From IMG/VR virus record IMGVR_UViG_3300021431_004525: a stretch of 64,000 nt of DNA; one strand, given 5' to 3'. Position numbers and translations under genes: made by a program. Below the pieces are notes generated by a model. It saw nothing but the letters and a program-made list of their open reading frames with translations. It ran no database searches and was not told the DNA's origin. The first letter of the stretch is position 1, and each line of letters begins with the position of its first letter. Source of the stretch: a virus (taxonomy: Duplodnaviria > Caudoviricetes). Below, piece after piece: positions 18,801-28,887 of the stretch.

Positions 18801-19943
18801 TTAATTGGACAAAATTTCAGCGGCGGCATTATTGAATTTATCCCACCATTCCTTGTGTAATTCAGTCTTTTCATCTTCTTTGAAGTCTATTTCGCCCAAA
18901 TTTGCATCGTCATCATAGTTTGTATATATAGCAGGGTTCACTCCAATCAGGTATCCTTTTGACAATAAAAACATCAATCTGTCATATGTTTTCTGATATG
19001 TATCAATTGTCTCTTCAGGAAGACCTACAATGATATTTGCTATGAGTCTTATGTCATTTTCCTTGGCGGCTTCTACTGCCATATCGAATGCTTTTTCACT
19101 GCTTGGTTTCCTATATTTCCTTAATATTCCATCATTATAGGACTCAAGACCAATCTCAGCGACTTTGACCCCGATTTCATTGAATTTCGCTGATTTTCCG
19201 ACTAACATCGGTGAGGTTGTCTGAACAATAAACCCATTGAAATCATTTTTATTTGTCATTACAGACAAGTCCTTTAACTTATGGTAATTGTCTGCTTGTC
19301 CAAAGGTTTTATCATCAATATAGATTAATCTGTAATCAAGCGGCTCAAATGATTTAATCTGTTGTTCAATGTACTTATCCTCAACAGATGTAATCTTTCC
19401 ATGAGGTACGATGCAGAACTTACAATTGTTAAGACATCCGTAAGACATTGTTAATCTTGGTATAACCCTTTCACCGTTGAATAGCGTATAGTCAGTACCG
19501 AACTTATAGGTTGCACCAAGTTCCCTTGCTGTGTCTTTTGTAGTGTTACATATTCTTATATTAGGGAACTGTATACGCATTTCCCACATGAATTGGTCGT
19601 TATATCCACCGATTAGGAATTTCTGTTTGGGGCAAGCCTTTACAATGTCATATATGAATTGTTGGTTTGCATTCATTAATGAGAATAGAACAAAGTCGTA
19701 TTTTGTGATTTTTATACGATTTATCACCTCAGAAATGTGATTTTTGCACCAGAATACCTCTTTATTATCATTTGGTAAGAAATATGAAATCTCTGCAATC
19801 CACTTGGGTATCTCAAAAGTATTCTCACCCATGTAATATCCGATATTCTCCCACCTCTTGTAGAAAACATCCCAATATGTATCACAGGCATTATGCCTCT
19901 TGAACATACTGTTGGCGAATTGCACAAATAAAATATTCTTCAT
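18801..19943 (-). CDS. radical SAM protein (B12-binding-class-like architecture)
   Basis: SYGCLNNCKFC (CxxxCxxC), IDDKTF, IGLES, IIVGLPEET. Confidence 0.85.
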   Translation of the reverse strand: MKNILFVQFANSMFKRHNACDTYWDVFYKRWENIGYYMGENTFEIPKWIAEISYFLPNDNKEVFWCKNHISEVINRIKITKYDFVLFSLMNANQQFIYDIVKACPKQKFLIGGYNDQFMWEMRIQFPNIRICNTTKDTARELGATYKFGTDYTLFNGERVIPRLTMSYGCLNNCKFCIVPHGKITSVEDKYIEQQIKSFEPLDYRLIYIDDKTFGQADNYHKLKDLSVMTNKNDFNGFIVQTTSPMLVGKSAKFNEIGVKVAEIGLESYNDGILRKYRKPSSEKAFDMAVEAAKENDIRLIANIIVGLPEETIDTYQKTYDRLMFLLSKGYLIGVNPAIYTNYDDDANLGEIDFKEDEKTELHKEWWDKFNNAAAEILSN

Positions 19944-19989
19944 AAAATTATTGATAATAATATATTTGTTTGGACTAAATTAAAATCTC

Positions 19990-20403
19990 CTACTCATCAT
20001 CATCTATGAAAAAGTTGTTATCCAAAACATACTTTATTGCCTTTTCGTATGTCTCTTCATAAGTGTCACCATAAACCCAAGTTTTCCATGTATATGTATC
20101 TAAAGAAGTCATGTCGTATACACCAACCTTGAAATTTCCATCTTCCGTATCACCGAGTAAAAGTGTGAAATCAAAGAATATAAAATATTTTTCTCTTAAC
20201 CAACGCATAGTCATCTGTAATGTCGGGCATGAATAACAATTTTCATCGTCTTCTCCGTTCCAATTTACCGGTTCATGTCTTTGGGCATGTTTTCTGACTG
20301 ATTTTTCATATTCAGTCTCATAGAAGTCAAAACATTTACAATTGAATCCCTTTTCCTTTAATAGTTTTGCTGTTTCAAAACTTACAAATGCTTCTTTACT
20401 CAT
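19990..20403 (-). CDS. hypothetical protein, family C
   Basis: FVSFETAKLLKEKGF...PTLQMTMRWLRE; start set at MSKEA. Confidence 0.75.
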   Translation of the reverse strand: MSKEAFVSFETAKLLKEKGFNCKCFDFYETEYEKSVRKHAQRHEPVNWNGEDDENCYSCPTLQMTMRWLREKYFIFFDFTLLLGDTEDGNFKVGVYDMTSLDTYTWKTWVYGDTYEETYEKAIKYVLDNNFFIDDDE

Positions 20404-20632
20404 AATTCTAAATTTCTTTTTCAATACTTTTAATCCATTCCTCAATGCTTATAGCCTTACAGTCATCTTTTTCCAATAGACGATGCAAATCGGAAATGGC
20501 AATACTTACTCTTTTCTTGTCCTCACTAATCTTATAGTCCAAAACATGTACATAGCCATCAATACCTATTAACGCACAAGGGTCTGGTGGCGTTGTAGGT
20601 TCATCGTCAATCTCCCAATATGTATGCATTAT

Positions 20633-20866
20633 TCACCTTTCTTTATTAACTATCGTAATATCCAATGTTAAAGAACCTTTAGTTCCATCACTGTTTTCAT
20701 GCCAAGGGCTGAACTTATAGCCGGCATAATCAAGTTTAAAACTGTTTCCTAAATATATACCGTCTGAATTGTGCAACTGTATATTTACCTCATGTTCAAG
20801 TATTTCATCAAACAGATTGCTTTTTGACAAATGGCCTGCTACTTCCAAAAACTCCTTTACTTTCAT
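20633..20866 (-). CDS. hypothetical protein
   Basis: Tightly packed ORF. Confidence 0.6.
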   Translation of the reverse strand: MKVKEFLEVAGHLSKSNLFDEILEHEVNIQLHNSDGIYLGNSFKLDYAGYKFSPWHENSDGTKGSLTLDITIVNKER

Positions 20867-20870
20867 ATTA

Positions 20871-21134
20871 TTATAACTCTTTTATCTCATAAGAAATAGT
20901 TGAATAATCTTGGAGTGCTCTATCATATTCATACTTTCTAACTCGGTATTTCTTTGTCTTATCAATGGTGTTCCACCAATATGACTTTCCATTGTTATCT
21001 CTGATAGAACTTACGCCATCAGTTTTTAATATATCTTTAACCAATGACTCACCATCCATAATATTATCAAACAATAACTCTTCCATAGATTTATAGTACC
21101 TAATTGTATATACTTTTCTTAATAATTCTTCCAA
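20871..21134 (-). CDS. hypothetical protein
   Basis: Tightly packed ORF. Confidence 0.6.
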   Translation of the reverse strand: MEELLRKVYTIRYYKSMEELLFDNIMDGESLVKDILKTDGVSSIRDNNGKSYWWNTIDKTKKYRVRKYEYDRALQDYSTISYEIKEL

Positions 21135-21925
21135 AGTGTTTCTACCTTTGTCTTTGGCTTTCTATTACCACTAATTGTGTTAACTTCAAACTGAAGTTTT
21201 GTAAATCCATTCTCAGTCAATTGATTATACAATTCATTGTCATATCCACTGATAAGCAATTTAGCCTTGCTTCTAAGACAAGTTTCAATAAATTCCTGCT
21301 GTTGCTCATCAGTCATATCAACGACATATCTTTCAGCAGAAGACCTTGTAGACAGTACATAAGGTGGGTCTGCATAAATGAATACGTTTGGTGAACTATA
21401 TTCATCCATCAGTTTCATTCCATCCCTACGTAACACCATTACTTTGCTTAATCTCTGATGTATCTCCGGAAGACGGTCAATCGTAGACATGAAGTCACTT
21501 ACAGACTTGGCCATATTCCTTCTAACCACTCTGTTCATGGAAAAACCGCCAATACCATTATGACTGCTACGGTTTACATAGAAGAAATAATATGCCCTCA
21601 TAAGTTCTGAGAGATTATCTTCTTTAAGTTTTTCCTTAAACTCCTGACGGAAATATTCATCGTAATAAGAACAGTCACACAATGCCTTGAACTGCTCAAA
21701 CAACTCCTTATCAGTTAATACCTTGAAAAGACAATATACATTATTGTATAAATCATTGTATATCTCAATAGGTGCGATTAAATCTTCCGGCGTATGGAAA
21801 CCAACACCGAAAGAACCGCCAAAAGGCTCGATATAAGTATCATATGAACCCTTCTCAGGAAATTGTGCTAAAATATTATTAAACATGGAATTTTTGCCAC
21901 CGAACCACTTTACTATACTGTTCAT
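21119..21925 (-). CDS. Dam-like (D12 class) DNA adenine methyltransferase
   Basis: WFGGK, YIEPFGGS, YND, YADPPY, ETLWKNY. Confidence 0.92.
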   Translation of the reverse strand: MNSIVKWFGGKNSMFNNILAQFPEKGSYDTYIEPFGGSFGVGFHTPEDLIAPIEIYNDLYNNVYCLFKVLTDKELFEQFKALCDCSYYDEYFRQEFKEKLKEDNLSELMRAYYFFYVNRSSHNGIGGFSMNRVVRRNMAKSVSDFMSTIDRLPEIHQRLSKVMVLRRDGMKLMDEYSSPNVFIYADPPYVLSTRSSAERYVVDMTDEQQQEFIETCLRSKAKLLISGYDNELYNQLTENGFTKLQFEVNTISGNRKPKTKVETLWKNY

Positions 21926-21940
21926 TATCAGTAACTTACA

Positions 21941-22531
21941 TTAGTTTGCTAAATGTTTACTTGAAATAAGTTGTCTAAGGAACTCATTTTTCTCGCCGCC
22001 CAATACTTCTTCTACCCATTCTTTATGATGCTCATCATATGTATAGTCATTTGGGTCATGGTCAAAAGTACCTGTATATGCTACGCAGTGCATTGGTATT
22101 GCAGGATACTTATTAGACCTCCAAATATCAAAACTTTGGAACTTATCCTTATCAAACACACGGTCATCAACAAGAATAGCAATTGATGTTGTGATGCTGT
22201 TCAAATCTTCCTCCTTAAAAATCGCATAGTCCACTTTATGTTCATCAAGTTGGTCGATGATTTCCTCAATGTCAAATGATGTACCGGCATCAAGGACAAT
22301 AATTGTCTTATCGAACTTTGCCCACTCTTTATACTTTTCGTCATATGGGAACTTATTGGCATATTCTACTATGGAATGTGCTGCTTGAATACCTTTCTGC
22401 ATCGGTGACAATTGTCTTAATACCAAACAATACATACGGTATAAGCGTTCATCATCGACTTTCACATTGAAGTCATCTTCTGTAAGGCCACTATTGCCAT
22501 CATTAATCTTAATTAATTTTGCTACATTCAT
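21941..22531 (-). CDS. peptidyl-tRNA hydrolase PTH2-like protein
   Basis: MYCLVLRQLSPMQKGIQAAH...W....KTIIVL...F.E.DLN...TSIA. Confidence 0.7.
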   Translation of the reverse strand: MNVAKLIKINDGNSGLTEDDFNVKVDDERLYRMYCLVLRQLSPMQKGIQAAHSIVEYANKFPYDEKYKEWAKFDKTIIVLDAGTSFDIEEIIDQLDEHKVDYAIFKEEDLNSITTSIAILVDDRVFDKDKFQSFDIWRSNKYPAIPMHCVAYTGTFDHDPNDYTYDEHHKEWVEEVLGGEKNEFLRQLISSKHLAN

Positions 22532-22551
22532 ATTTTTTATTTATTTTATAA

Positions 22552-22585
22552 TGCAAAGATACTAAATTTATTCGAAATAACCAAG
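22552..22585 (-). promoter_or_regulatory. Bacteroidota sigma-type promoter
   Basis: CTTGG...TATCTTTGCA. Confidence 0.7.
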
Positions 22586-22629
22586 GAATTAATAGAATTT
22601 AACACTATTTATTATAAAATGTATTTGCA

Positions 22630-23019
22630 ATGGATAAGAATCAGTTAAAGAATGAGATAAAGTCTATCATACGTGAAAGTCTTAGGGAAATGTCTTTAAG
22701 GAATCATGTAAGGAAAATTGTTAGTGAGGAAGTGAATAGATTATTTGAATCAAAGGTCATCAATGAAGCAGGTGAAGGCGATGGTGAAGGAAATGCCAAC
22801 ATCAAGCGTAAGGCTGTAATGAATTTGCTTAAGGATGATAAGTACGACCACGCATATTTGGCTTATCAGTTATGGAATCCGAAAGATGATAATGAAAAAG
22901 ACACATATCGTTCATTATTCAGTAAGAAAGCCACAGGTAAACCGGATAACGACGGTGCTGTAAGAAGTTTCACTGATGATGAAATTACAAAACTTTATGA
23001 ATTAATCCGAAATAAATAA
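22630..23019 (+). CDS. hypothetical protein with repeated IIxES-type N-terminal motif (possible late/virion protein)
   Basis: IKSIIRESLRE...RKIVSEEVNRLFES; opposite strand; own terminator. Confidence 0.65.
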   Translation: MDKNQLKNEIKSIIRESLREMSLRNHVRKIVSEEVNRLFESKVINEAGEGDGEGNANIKRKAVMNLLKDDKYDHAYLAYQLWNPKDDNEKDTYRSLFSKKATGKPDNDGAVRSFTDDEITKLYELIRNK

Positions 23020-23051
23020 AAGATGCCTCCCGATTAAAGGAGGCATTTATT
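23017..23051. terminator. bidirectional terminator between convergent genes
   Basis: ATGCCTCC-8nt-GGAGGCAT flanked by A/T runs. Confidence 0.75.
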
Positions 23052-23729
23052 TTACTCAGCCAATTTCTTTGCGATTTCCTCTTCTTTTGATGCATATTCT
23101 TCAAGGCCGGCAGCAAACTTTCTCAAGTCCTCTTCCCATTTTTCACGGGTCGCCTCTATGTCTTGATATTGCAGTTGCATTCTGATTTTATCAGTCTTAG
23201 TATAATCTGGGTCTCCATCATTAACTGTCAAAAGCCAATCATCATTTTTAGTCAATGGGAAATAACGATAACAACCGGCCCACAGAAAATGTTGGAATGA
23301 TGCAATGTCATCGAAATCGACAGTCCACACCATACGTCCATTATGAAAGCATGTTCCATTATATATCGCACCATCATCTGCCCTTACGCCTTTAATGTTA
23401 TTAAGTGCTTTTCCGACAAGTCCGATTGGCTCAATCCATTCGCCACCGGCCCAACCAAATCGAGGAAATTTAATTTGGTCTTTTTCTGACCATTCACCTT
23501 TGGGGTCATCCTTTGCTCTTGCTAACCAACATTCATTATGCGTAATTAGTTTTTCAGCGTCATCTTCATCTTTCAAACCATATTTGTCAGAATTAACCAT
23601 ACCATCAAATACGTCCGAAATCTGTTGTGGTGTCAACTTGGAAAGTTCTTCTTTTACTTTCTCTTTAATTGGCCTTGCAAATTCCTCTGCCTCAGCCTCA
23701 TTCAAATTCCTAAATTCTTTAATACTCAT
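23052..23729 (-). CDS. hypothetical protein
   Basis: 225 aa ORF. Confidence 0.7.
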   Translation of the reverse strand: MSIKEFRNLNEAEAEEFARPIKEKVKEELSKLTPQQISDVFDGMVNSDKYGLKDEDDAEKLITHNECWLARAKDDPKGEWSEKDQIKFPRFGWAGGEWIEPIGLVGKALNNIKGVRADDGAIYNGTCFHNGRMVWTVDFDDIASFQHFLWAGCYRYFPLTKNDDWLLTVNDGDPDYTKTDKIRMQLQYQDIEATREKWEEDLRKFAAGLEEYASKEEEIAKKLAE

Positions 23730-23741
23730 ATTATTTAAATT

Positions 23742-24194
23742 TTAACGTTCTAATTTTCTTCTTTTATCCCAGGATATAAGCCACACTGAAGCATTGTTAA
23801 TCTCTTCGATACGGTCATGTAATGGAATGAATTGGAAACCGTTATCCCTAAACGGCTTAAAAATCTCATCCACATAAGGAACCATATCTTCGTCAAAGTC
23901 AACCATTGCATAGTATGAATGGAACTTATCCTCATTGGCACTTGCATACATATTAGGTGACATACAACGCTTAATTTCAAGTGAAATATGATTCTGTGCT
24001 ACTGTGATATATTCATCAAGTGAAGTAATGTCACCATACTTGGTTCTGAAATAAGCCTCTTGTGCCGTTAAAGGCTTTTTATTCCGATGCCAAGGAAACA
24101 CCTTTTTACAACAATTCAGAAACTTACGTCCCTTACTCATACTTTTATTTGCATCTTTAATTTCCTCGTTTCCGGGAAGTTCAAATTCTGCCAT
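23742..24194 (-). CDS. hypothetical protein
   Basis: ORF track. Confidence 0.7.
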   Translation of the reverse strand: MAEFELPGNEEIKDANKSMSKGRKFLNCCKKVFPWHRNKKPLTAQEAYFRTKYGDITSLDEYITVAQNHISLEIKRCMSPNMYASANEDKFHSYYAMVDFDEDMVPYVDEIFKPFRDNGFQFIPLHDRIEEINNASVWLISWDKRRKLER

Positions 24195-24218
24195 AAATAT
24201 TTTTTTTTATTTAATCAT

Positions 24219-24659
24219 TTAAAACCAAGCAACAAAATATGTCTTACCATTGTAAACTATATCAACAATGGTATAATCGCCAAGAGACAAATTATTTACG
24301 GTTTTTTCTAATGGAGACTGCTCAACATCGACAAAAAATATAGATGCAAAAAAGTCATTAATCGACGGATTAAACACATTTCTATAATCTTCCTTATAAC
24401 GTTTTATTGCATTTTCATCCGCATACTTTTTCAAAGCATCAAGACCTATTTCATACTCAATCTTACGTGCAAGATATTTACTACTTCTATTTAATGCATC
24501 AGTAGTTTTCTTAAACATTACACGGTTTCTTGTTAAACTTGAAAACTCCAAATCGTTTTCCAAACGTCTAAGGTCACTAATATTAAGTGCCTTAGCAAGT
24601 ACTTTCAATCCTAATTCTTTATCCATAATTCTAAATAATTTTTTAATTCTTTCAAACAT
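24219..24659 (-). CDS. hypothetical protein
   Basis: ORF track. Confidence 0.65.
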   Translation of the reverse strand: MFERIKKLFRIMDKELGLKVLAKALNISDLRRLENDLEFSSLTRNRVMFKKTTDALNRSSKYLARKIEYEIGLDALKKYADENAIKRYKEDYRNVFNPSINDFFASIFFVDVEQSPLEKTVNNLSLGDYTIVDIVYNGKTYFVAWF

Positions 24660-24661
24660 TT

Positions 24662-24916
24662 TTAATAATATGATGGTCTTGGTAAAATTAAATCAACCAA
24701 CGCTTCCTTTGATAATTCAAGAAGTTTTGCTCTCTTCTTCTCATAATCACTGAGCCTTTCCTCATAAGCCTGTGCAACAAAAGATGTTGATATAGTATCG
24801 GTTCTATTTGCTGCTGATGCTACCGTCGTCATACATTCTGCTGTGTCATGTATAAAACGCGGGCATTTTTGACACATATTCAATCCCTTATAGGGGCAAT
24901 CATCTGGTTCGTACAT
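24662..24916 (-). CDS. small Cys-rich hypothetical protein
   Basis: CPY...CQKC...C. Confidence 0.6.
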   Translation of the reverse strand: MYEPDDCPYKGLNMCQKCPRFIHDTAECMTTVASAANRTDTISTSFVAQAYEERLSDYEKKRAKLLELSKEALVDLILPRPSYY

Positions 24917-24961
24917 AATAAAATCAATTAATATAAATTAGGTAATGATATAGCAGTTGAC

Positions 24962-25195
24962 CTATTTTATGCTTTTAAGAAATGCAACCACTTTATCTGC
25001 TTTATCTTTACTAATCATCTTATTTTTAAATGTAAAAGTTATATCAAAATCCTTAAAAGATGTCATATATTCGTCTTTTTTCTGTGGCACTCTAAACCGA
25101 TGCCTATCAAGGATATATCCGTATTTTACTAAATCTTCCATATCTAAATTTGGGTTAAATTCTGTATTATTGCCATAAATTATTATCGTACTCAT
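24962..25195 (-). CDS. hypothetical protein
   Basis: ATGA overlap with the upstream gene. Confidence 0.6.
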   Translation of the reverse strand: MSTIIIYGNNTEFNPNLDMEDLVKYGYILDRHRFRVPQKKDEYMTSFKDFDITFTFKNKMISKDKADKVVAFLKSIK

Positions 25196-25203
25196 TCGAG
25201 TAC
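25188..25203. repeat. 16-bp palindromic motif GTACTCATTCGAGTAC, copy 1
   Basis: Identical at 27343, 44706 and 55866. Confidence 0.9.
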
Positions 25204-25725
25204 ACGGTCACGATATTTTAACTTCCACATGCGTTCATCCAAAGCATCCTCGCATGAAGTTTTGGCGTTAAGCATCATTTCATCCCCGGTGGTTTCCTCG
25301 AACAGAAGGTCATATTCCTCAAACAGAAAATGCCCCATAATGTCAAAAGATTCCTCATGTAAACCATTATTCCCATTATACTCAGGTTTAATGTATGAAC
25401 ATAGTGTGAAAAGATAACGATTACTTCTAAGCAGTTTATATGGGAAGATATACATCACCGGAATAGGATTACCCTTTTCATCCATTTTACTTACTTTCCA
25501 AAATCTGAAAAGAAGTTTATTCACCTCTTCATATCTTTTGTCATATGCATCTTCAAAACCCTTAATTGCATTTTCAACATCTTCCTTCATGTGCTTGATT
25601 TCTTCCATATGGTCCGTATCGTGGAAGGTCTTCAGATAGTTGTAAACAAGTTCATGCATCTTATGAACCCTTGTTTCATCAGGAAGATTAAACTTCTCTA
25701 AAAAAATTTTCTCATTGGTATCCAT
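25192..25725 (-). CDS. hypothetical protein
   Basis: ORF track. Confidence 0.7.
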   Translation of the reverse strand: MDTNEKIFLEKFNLPDETRVHKMHELVYNYLKTFHDTDHMEEIKHMKEDVENAIKGFEDAYDKRYEEVNKLLFRFWKVSKMDEKGNPIPVMYIFPYKLLRSNRYLFTLCSYIKPEYNGNNGLHEESFDIMGHFLFEEYDLLFEETTGDEMMLNAKTSCEDALDERMWKLKYRDRVLE

Positions 25726-26050
25726 TTTCTATTAATCCTAATTGTGTAATAAAATTATTAATTATATTCTCTGCCTCCTCTGTCAATTCAGCGGTCTTTG
25801 CTTTCTTCAATACCGGCACATTCTCTCTTAGGTAATGCTTTGAAACCAAGACATATCCGGTTGATGTGTCTGTTTTGTACTCCCTTGTTATATAAGTATT
25901 GGCCGGATACCGTCTTGCCAGTTCATGCTTATTGTTAATTTTCCTACTGACTGATAAATCAAGTATATCGTCACTACCTGTGAATGGTACAAACACAACA
26001 GGTGATGTATCCATCAGTTTCCTATACTTCTCAGTTACGTTTTTATCCAT
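25712..26050 (-). CDS. hypothetical protein
   Basis: ORF track. Confidence 0.65.
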   Translation of the reverse strand: MDKNVTEKYRKLMDTSPVVFVPFTGSDDILDLSVSRKINNKHELARRYPANTYITREYKTDTSTGYVLVSKHYLRENVPVLKKAKTAELTEEAENIINNFITQLGLIENGYQ

Positions 26051-26333
26051 TGCTTATAATGTTTAAGATGGGTTTATGGAGAAAACATGCTAACGTAATA
26101 CCCATTACTATAATGGTCATTACCTTTAACAACGACTCATCATATTTCGATATGTCGGTACTCATATTCGCCATTAATCTTGCATCTTCTTCCGAAAAGT
26201 CAAACGTTGGCATGATAAAAAACGTCATAATACAAAATACTATTACCAACGTTAAGAATAACGGAAAATCAACAAATGCCGCAAGTGCCGAGAATGTTAC
26301 GATTGATAATCTGTAAAAATTTTTCTTATCCAT
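26043..26333 (-). CDS. small membrane protein
   Basis: Hydrophobic segments; start placed downstream of the promoter at 26341. Confidence 0.6.
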   Translation of the reverse strand: MDKKNFYRLSIVTFSALAAFVDFPLFLTLVIVFCIMTFFIMPTFDFSEEDARLMANMSTDISKYDESLLKVMTIIVMGITLACFLHKPILNIISNG

Positions 26334-26397
26334 TTGTATATGCAAAGGTACTACTTTTTTCTTTAAAAAAAGAATATATTTTGTTAATATAAGTTAA

Positions 26398-27267
26398 CTA
26401 CAACTTCTTTTGTATTTCCTTAACGAAATCAATATGCTCTTGTGACATAGGTACACCGGTGAAGTTGACACCCAAGAATGTGGCAATCACATCCTCATCA
26501 CTTGCATTCTCGCCAAGTTCTCCGTAGGTAATCATTTGCGAGTTACAAAAAAGATGCTTCGCTTTATCTGATAAATCGGAATAATAGTTACCGTGCAAGT
26601 CCTTAAATTCATCGAACAAAAATCTTATAAGGCAATGCAGACGCTGTTTTCCATCAACTATGTCGAAAAAAGCGACTTCAGTATTACCTTTGTCTATCTC
26701 CTTTTCAATATACTCATAAGACCTCTTACGGACAACCAACATACCACAATTGATTGACTGATAGATACTTTCAATGAATAACTGCTCTTGTTCCAACGTC
26801 CAACAATAATCACGTTGGTAATACTGCTTATTGCCGTCCTTATCAATGATATAAGGATTATCGTTCACTTCCGGAATACAAATGCCCTTATATACATATT
26901 CCTTTTTGTCACGTTTACGGGGAGTATCACGAAGACAATCAATTCCAAGTAAACCTAACATACAAGAAATATCAAAGTTGACTGTACGTAATTCACTTCT
27001 CCAACACTTATTAGGGAATGGGTTTGCCCCTACATAGATAAGGCTGCGTTGGTATTGACCATCTTCAAGAACAACATCATCCAAGTAGTCCTCTGTATTC
27101 GATACCTTGATGGAATGGTCATACACTTCTTTAACCGTAACTAATTCATCACGTTCCGGATTAGTTGAATAGCCACCCAAGAGTTTCTTCTTAACGATAA
27201 CCTTATCACCAACTTTAATGTTATTTGATAAAAACTCCTTAATTAACTTTTCTTTCTTCTCAGCCAT
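26398..27267 (-). CDS. DUF262 (GmrS/ParB-Srx-like fold) domain protein
   Basis: YYQRDYCW...FIESI...DIVDGKQRL...F..VN. Confidence 0.85.
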   Translation of the reverse strand: MAEKKEKLIKEFLSNNIKVGDKVIVKKKLLGGYSTNPERDELVTVKEVYDHSIKVSNTEDYLDDVVLEDGQYQRSLIYVGANPFPNKCWRSELRTVNFDISCMLGLLGIDCLRDTPRKRDKKEYVYKGICIPEVNDNPYIIDKDGNKQYYQRDYCWTLEQEQLFIESIYQSINCGMLVVRKRSYEYIEKEIDKGNTEVAFFDIVDGKQRLHCLIRFLFDEFKDLHGNYYSDLSDKAKHLFCNSQMITYGELGENASDEDVIATFLGVNFTGVPMSQEHIDFVKEIQKKL

Positions 27268-27269
27268 AA

Positions 27270-27557
27270 TTATTTCTTTTTAAATTTACTTGAGTCAAAT
27301 CTTTTCTTAGGGTGTTCTGCATCGAGTATATCACCTAACAACGTACTCATTCGAGTACACTGACGTTCTAATTGTTCCATTTTCTCAAGGATTGACCGTG
27401 TAATCTTCACATTGTTCTCCTGCGACACATAGAAGCACTCATAACTTATCCCAAATATAACTGCAAATGAAATCCATGCCCACCAAGTGAACCATTCAAT
27501 TGTGAGAAAACCAGATGTCAATACAAGGGCAATCCCGATAAAAACCAAGTATCTCAT
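27270..27557 (-). CDS. small membrane protein
   Basis: Two N-terminal TM segments. Confidence 0.65.
   Translation of the reverse strand: MRYLVFIGIALVLTSGFLTIEWFTWWAWISFAVIFGISYECFYVSQENNVKITRSILEKMEQLERQCTRMSTLLGDILDAEHPKKRFDSSKFKKK
27343..27358. repeat. 16-bp palindromic motif, copy 2 (intragenic)
   Basis: GTACTCATTCGAGTAC. Confidence 0.9.
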
Positions 27558-28159
27558 TATCCGATAAATTTCATGTAATTATCCATGACATATTCACTAT
27601 TCCGGTTAAAATAGTCTGCAAATTCATCAAGACTTAACTTCTTAACCTCATTTGGATGTGAATAATACAAATCCATAAGTTCAGTATCTTCAAGTTTATC
27701 CAGTTCGTCAAGTTTAAATTTTTCTGTTTTAGGAAAAATTAGAACTGATTTTGCCGTCTCGTGATACAGATGTTTGCGGTAACTATACTTTCCACCGGCA
27801 TTTACAATATCTACAAGTTCAGATATGTAGTTATCCCAATCTTCAAAATCCTCTACACTCTGTCTGCAAGTAAATGCTCTGCAATAAGAACCATTTGGGT
27901 CTTCCCGATGGATGGCAATTTCTTCATCCATGTCAAAGTATTCATAATAATCATTTAATGATGAAATCCATTCATCCTTGTCAATCATCACCATCATTTC
28001 GACACCACCCTTGGTATGAACTCCGGATAGTTCCCAACGATTATCATCACAATCATAGACATAAAAACCCAGTGCTTCAAAAAAATCTTTTCCGGAATCA
28101 TTGATGATGGCTTCGTTCAACGTCTCAATAAGACTTGGTGTAATCTCTTTATACTCCAT
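27557..28159 (-). CDS. acidic hypothetical protein
   Basis: D/E-rich 200 aa ORF. Confidence 0.7.
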   Translation of the reverse strand: MEYKEITPSLIETLNEAIINDSGKDFFEALGFYVYDCDDNRWELSGVHTKGGVEMMVMIDKDEWISSLNDYYEYFDMDEEIAIHREDPNGSYCRAFTCRQSVEDFEDWDNYISELVDIVNAGGKYSYRKHLYHETAKSVLIFPKTEKFKLDELDKLEDTELMDLYYSHPNEVKKLSLDEFADYFNRNSEYVMDNYMKFIG

Positions 28160-28170
28160 GTTATTTTATT

Positions 28171-28884
28171 TTAAGCGGTCTCAAAATGTGTCGCAACACT
28201 ATCACCTGATACATGTGTCACATCGGATGGTGTTCCGTCTCCGACAACACTCGCTATAATCCCTTTTTCAGTTTTTGGTTTATCCTTGATATATTTCTCT
28301 ATAATATCAATGGCTTGGTCTTTCTCTGTTGTGCCGTTTATCTTTTCATATATAAGGTGCAAAATGTCCTCACCATTGATTTTATTCTCACAGAAGTATA
28401 TCTCAAATACTTTCCTTACGTCCTTATTAATGGGTTTAAAACGATTGACTGAGCCTAATGTGGAATGTAACTGCTTCCAATCCTTATACACCTTGATGGT
28501 AGGATAGCGTTCACTTATTCCATAGACATACTTGTCCTCACCGGTAAGACCACCGGTTGCCTTAGTCCATTTATCCCTTGACTTGTTGGTTATATTTTCA
28601 AGTTGCCAATTATTGTAACAAAAGGCGATATAAGCCTTAACCTCTTTCCTATCCATCAGCATAGGATTAAGGGTGTTTCTGTAAATCACGACAAAGTTAG
28701 GATTTTTCCAAATAGACACCACATTGATATTGATACCTGTTCTCGCATCAGACGGAGAAAGATGGTCTGACAGACGAACTACAAACGTATCGTCAATAAT
28801 ACAATATGTGCTATTTGATTTTTCGTTCTCCTTAATTTCAACCTTATCTGATAATGTTTTGATAAATTGCTTTATGTATTTCAT
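28171..28884 (-). CDS. hypothetical protein
   Basis: S.S.Y...VRLSDH motif. Confidence 0.7.
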   Translation of the reverse strand: MKYIKQFIKTLSDKVEIKENEKSNSTYCIIDDTFVVRLSDHLSPSDARTGININVVSIWKNPNFVVIYRNTLNPMLMDRKEVKAYIAFCYNNWQLENITNKSRDKWTKATGGLTGEDKYVYGISERYPTIKVYKDWKQLHSTLGSVNRFKPINKDVRKVFEIYFCENKINGEDILHLIYEKINGTTEKDQAIDIIEKYIKDKPKTEKGIIASVVGDGTPSDVTHVSGDSVATHFETA

Positions 28885-28887
28885 TTT

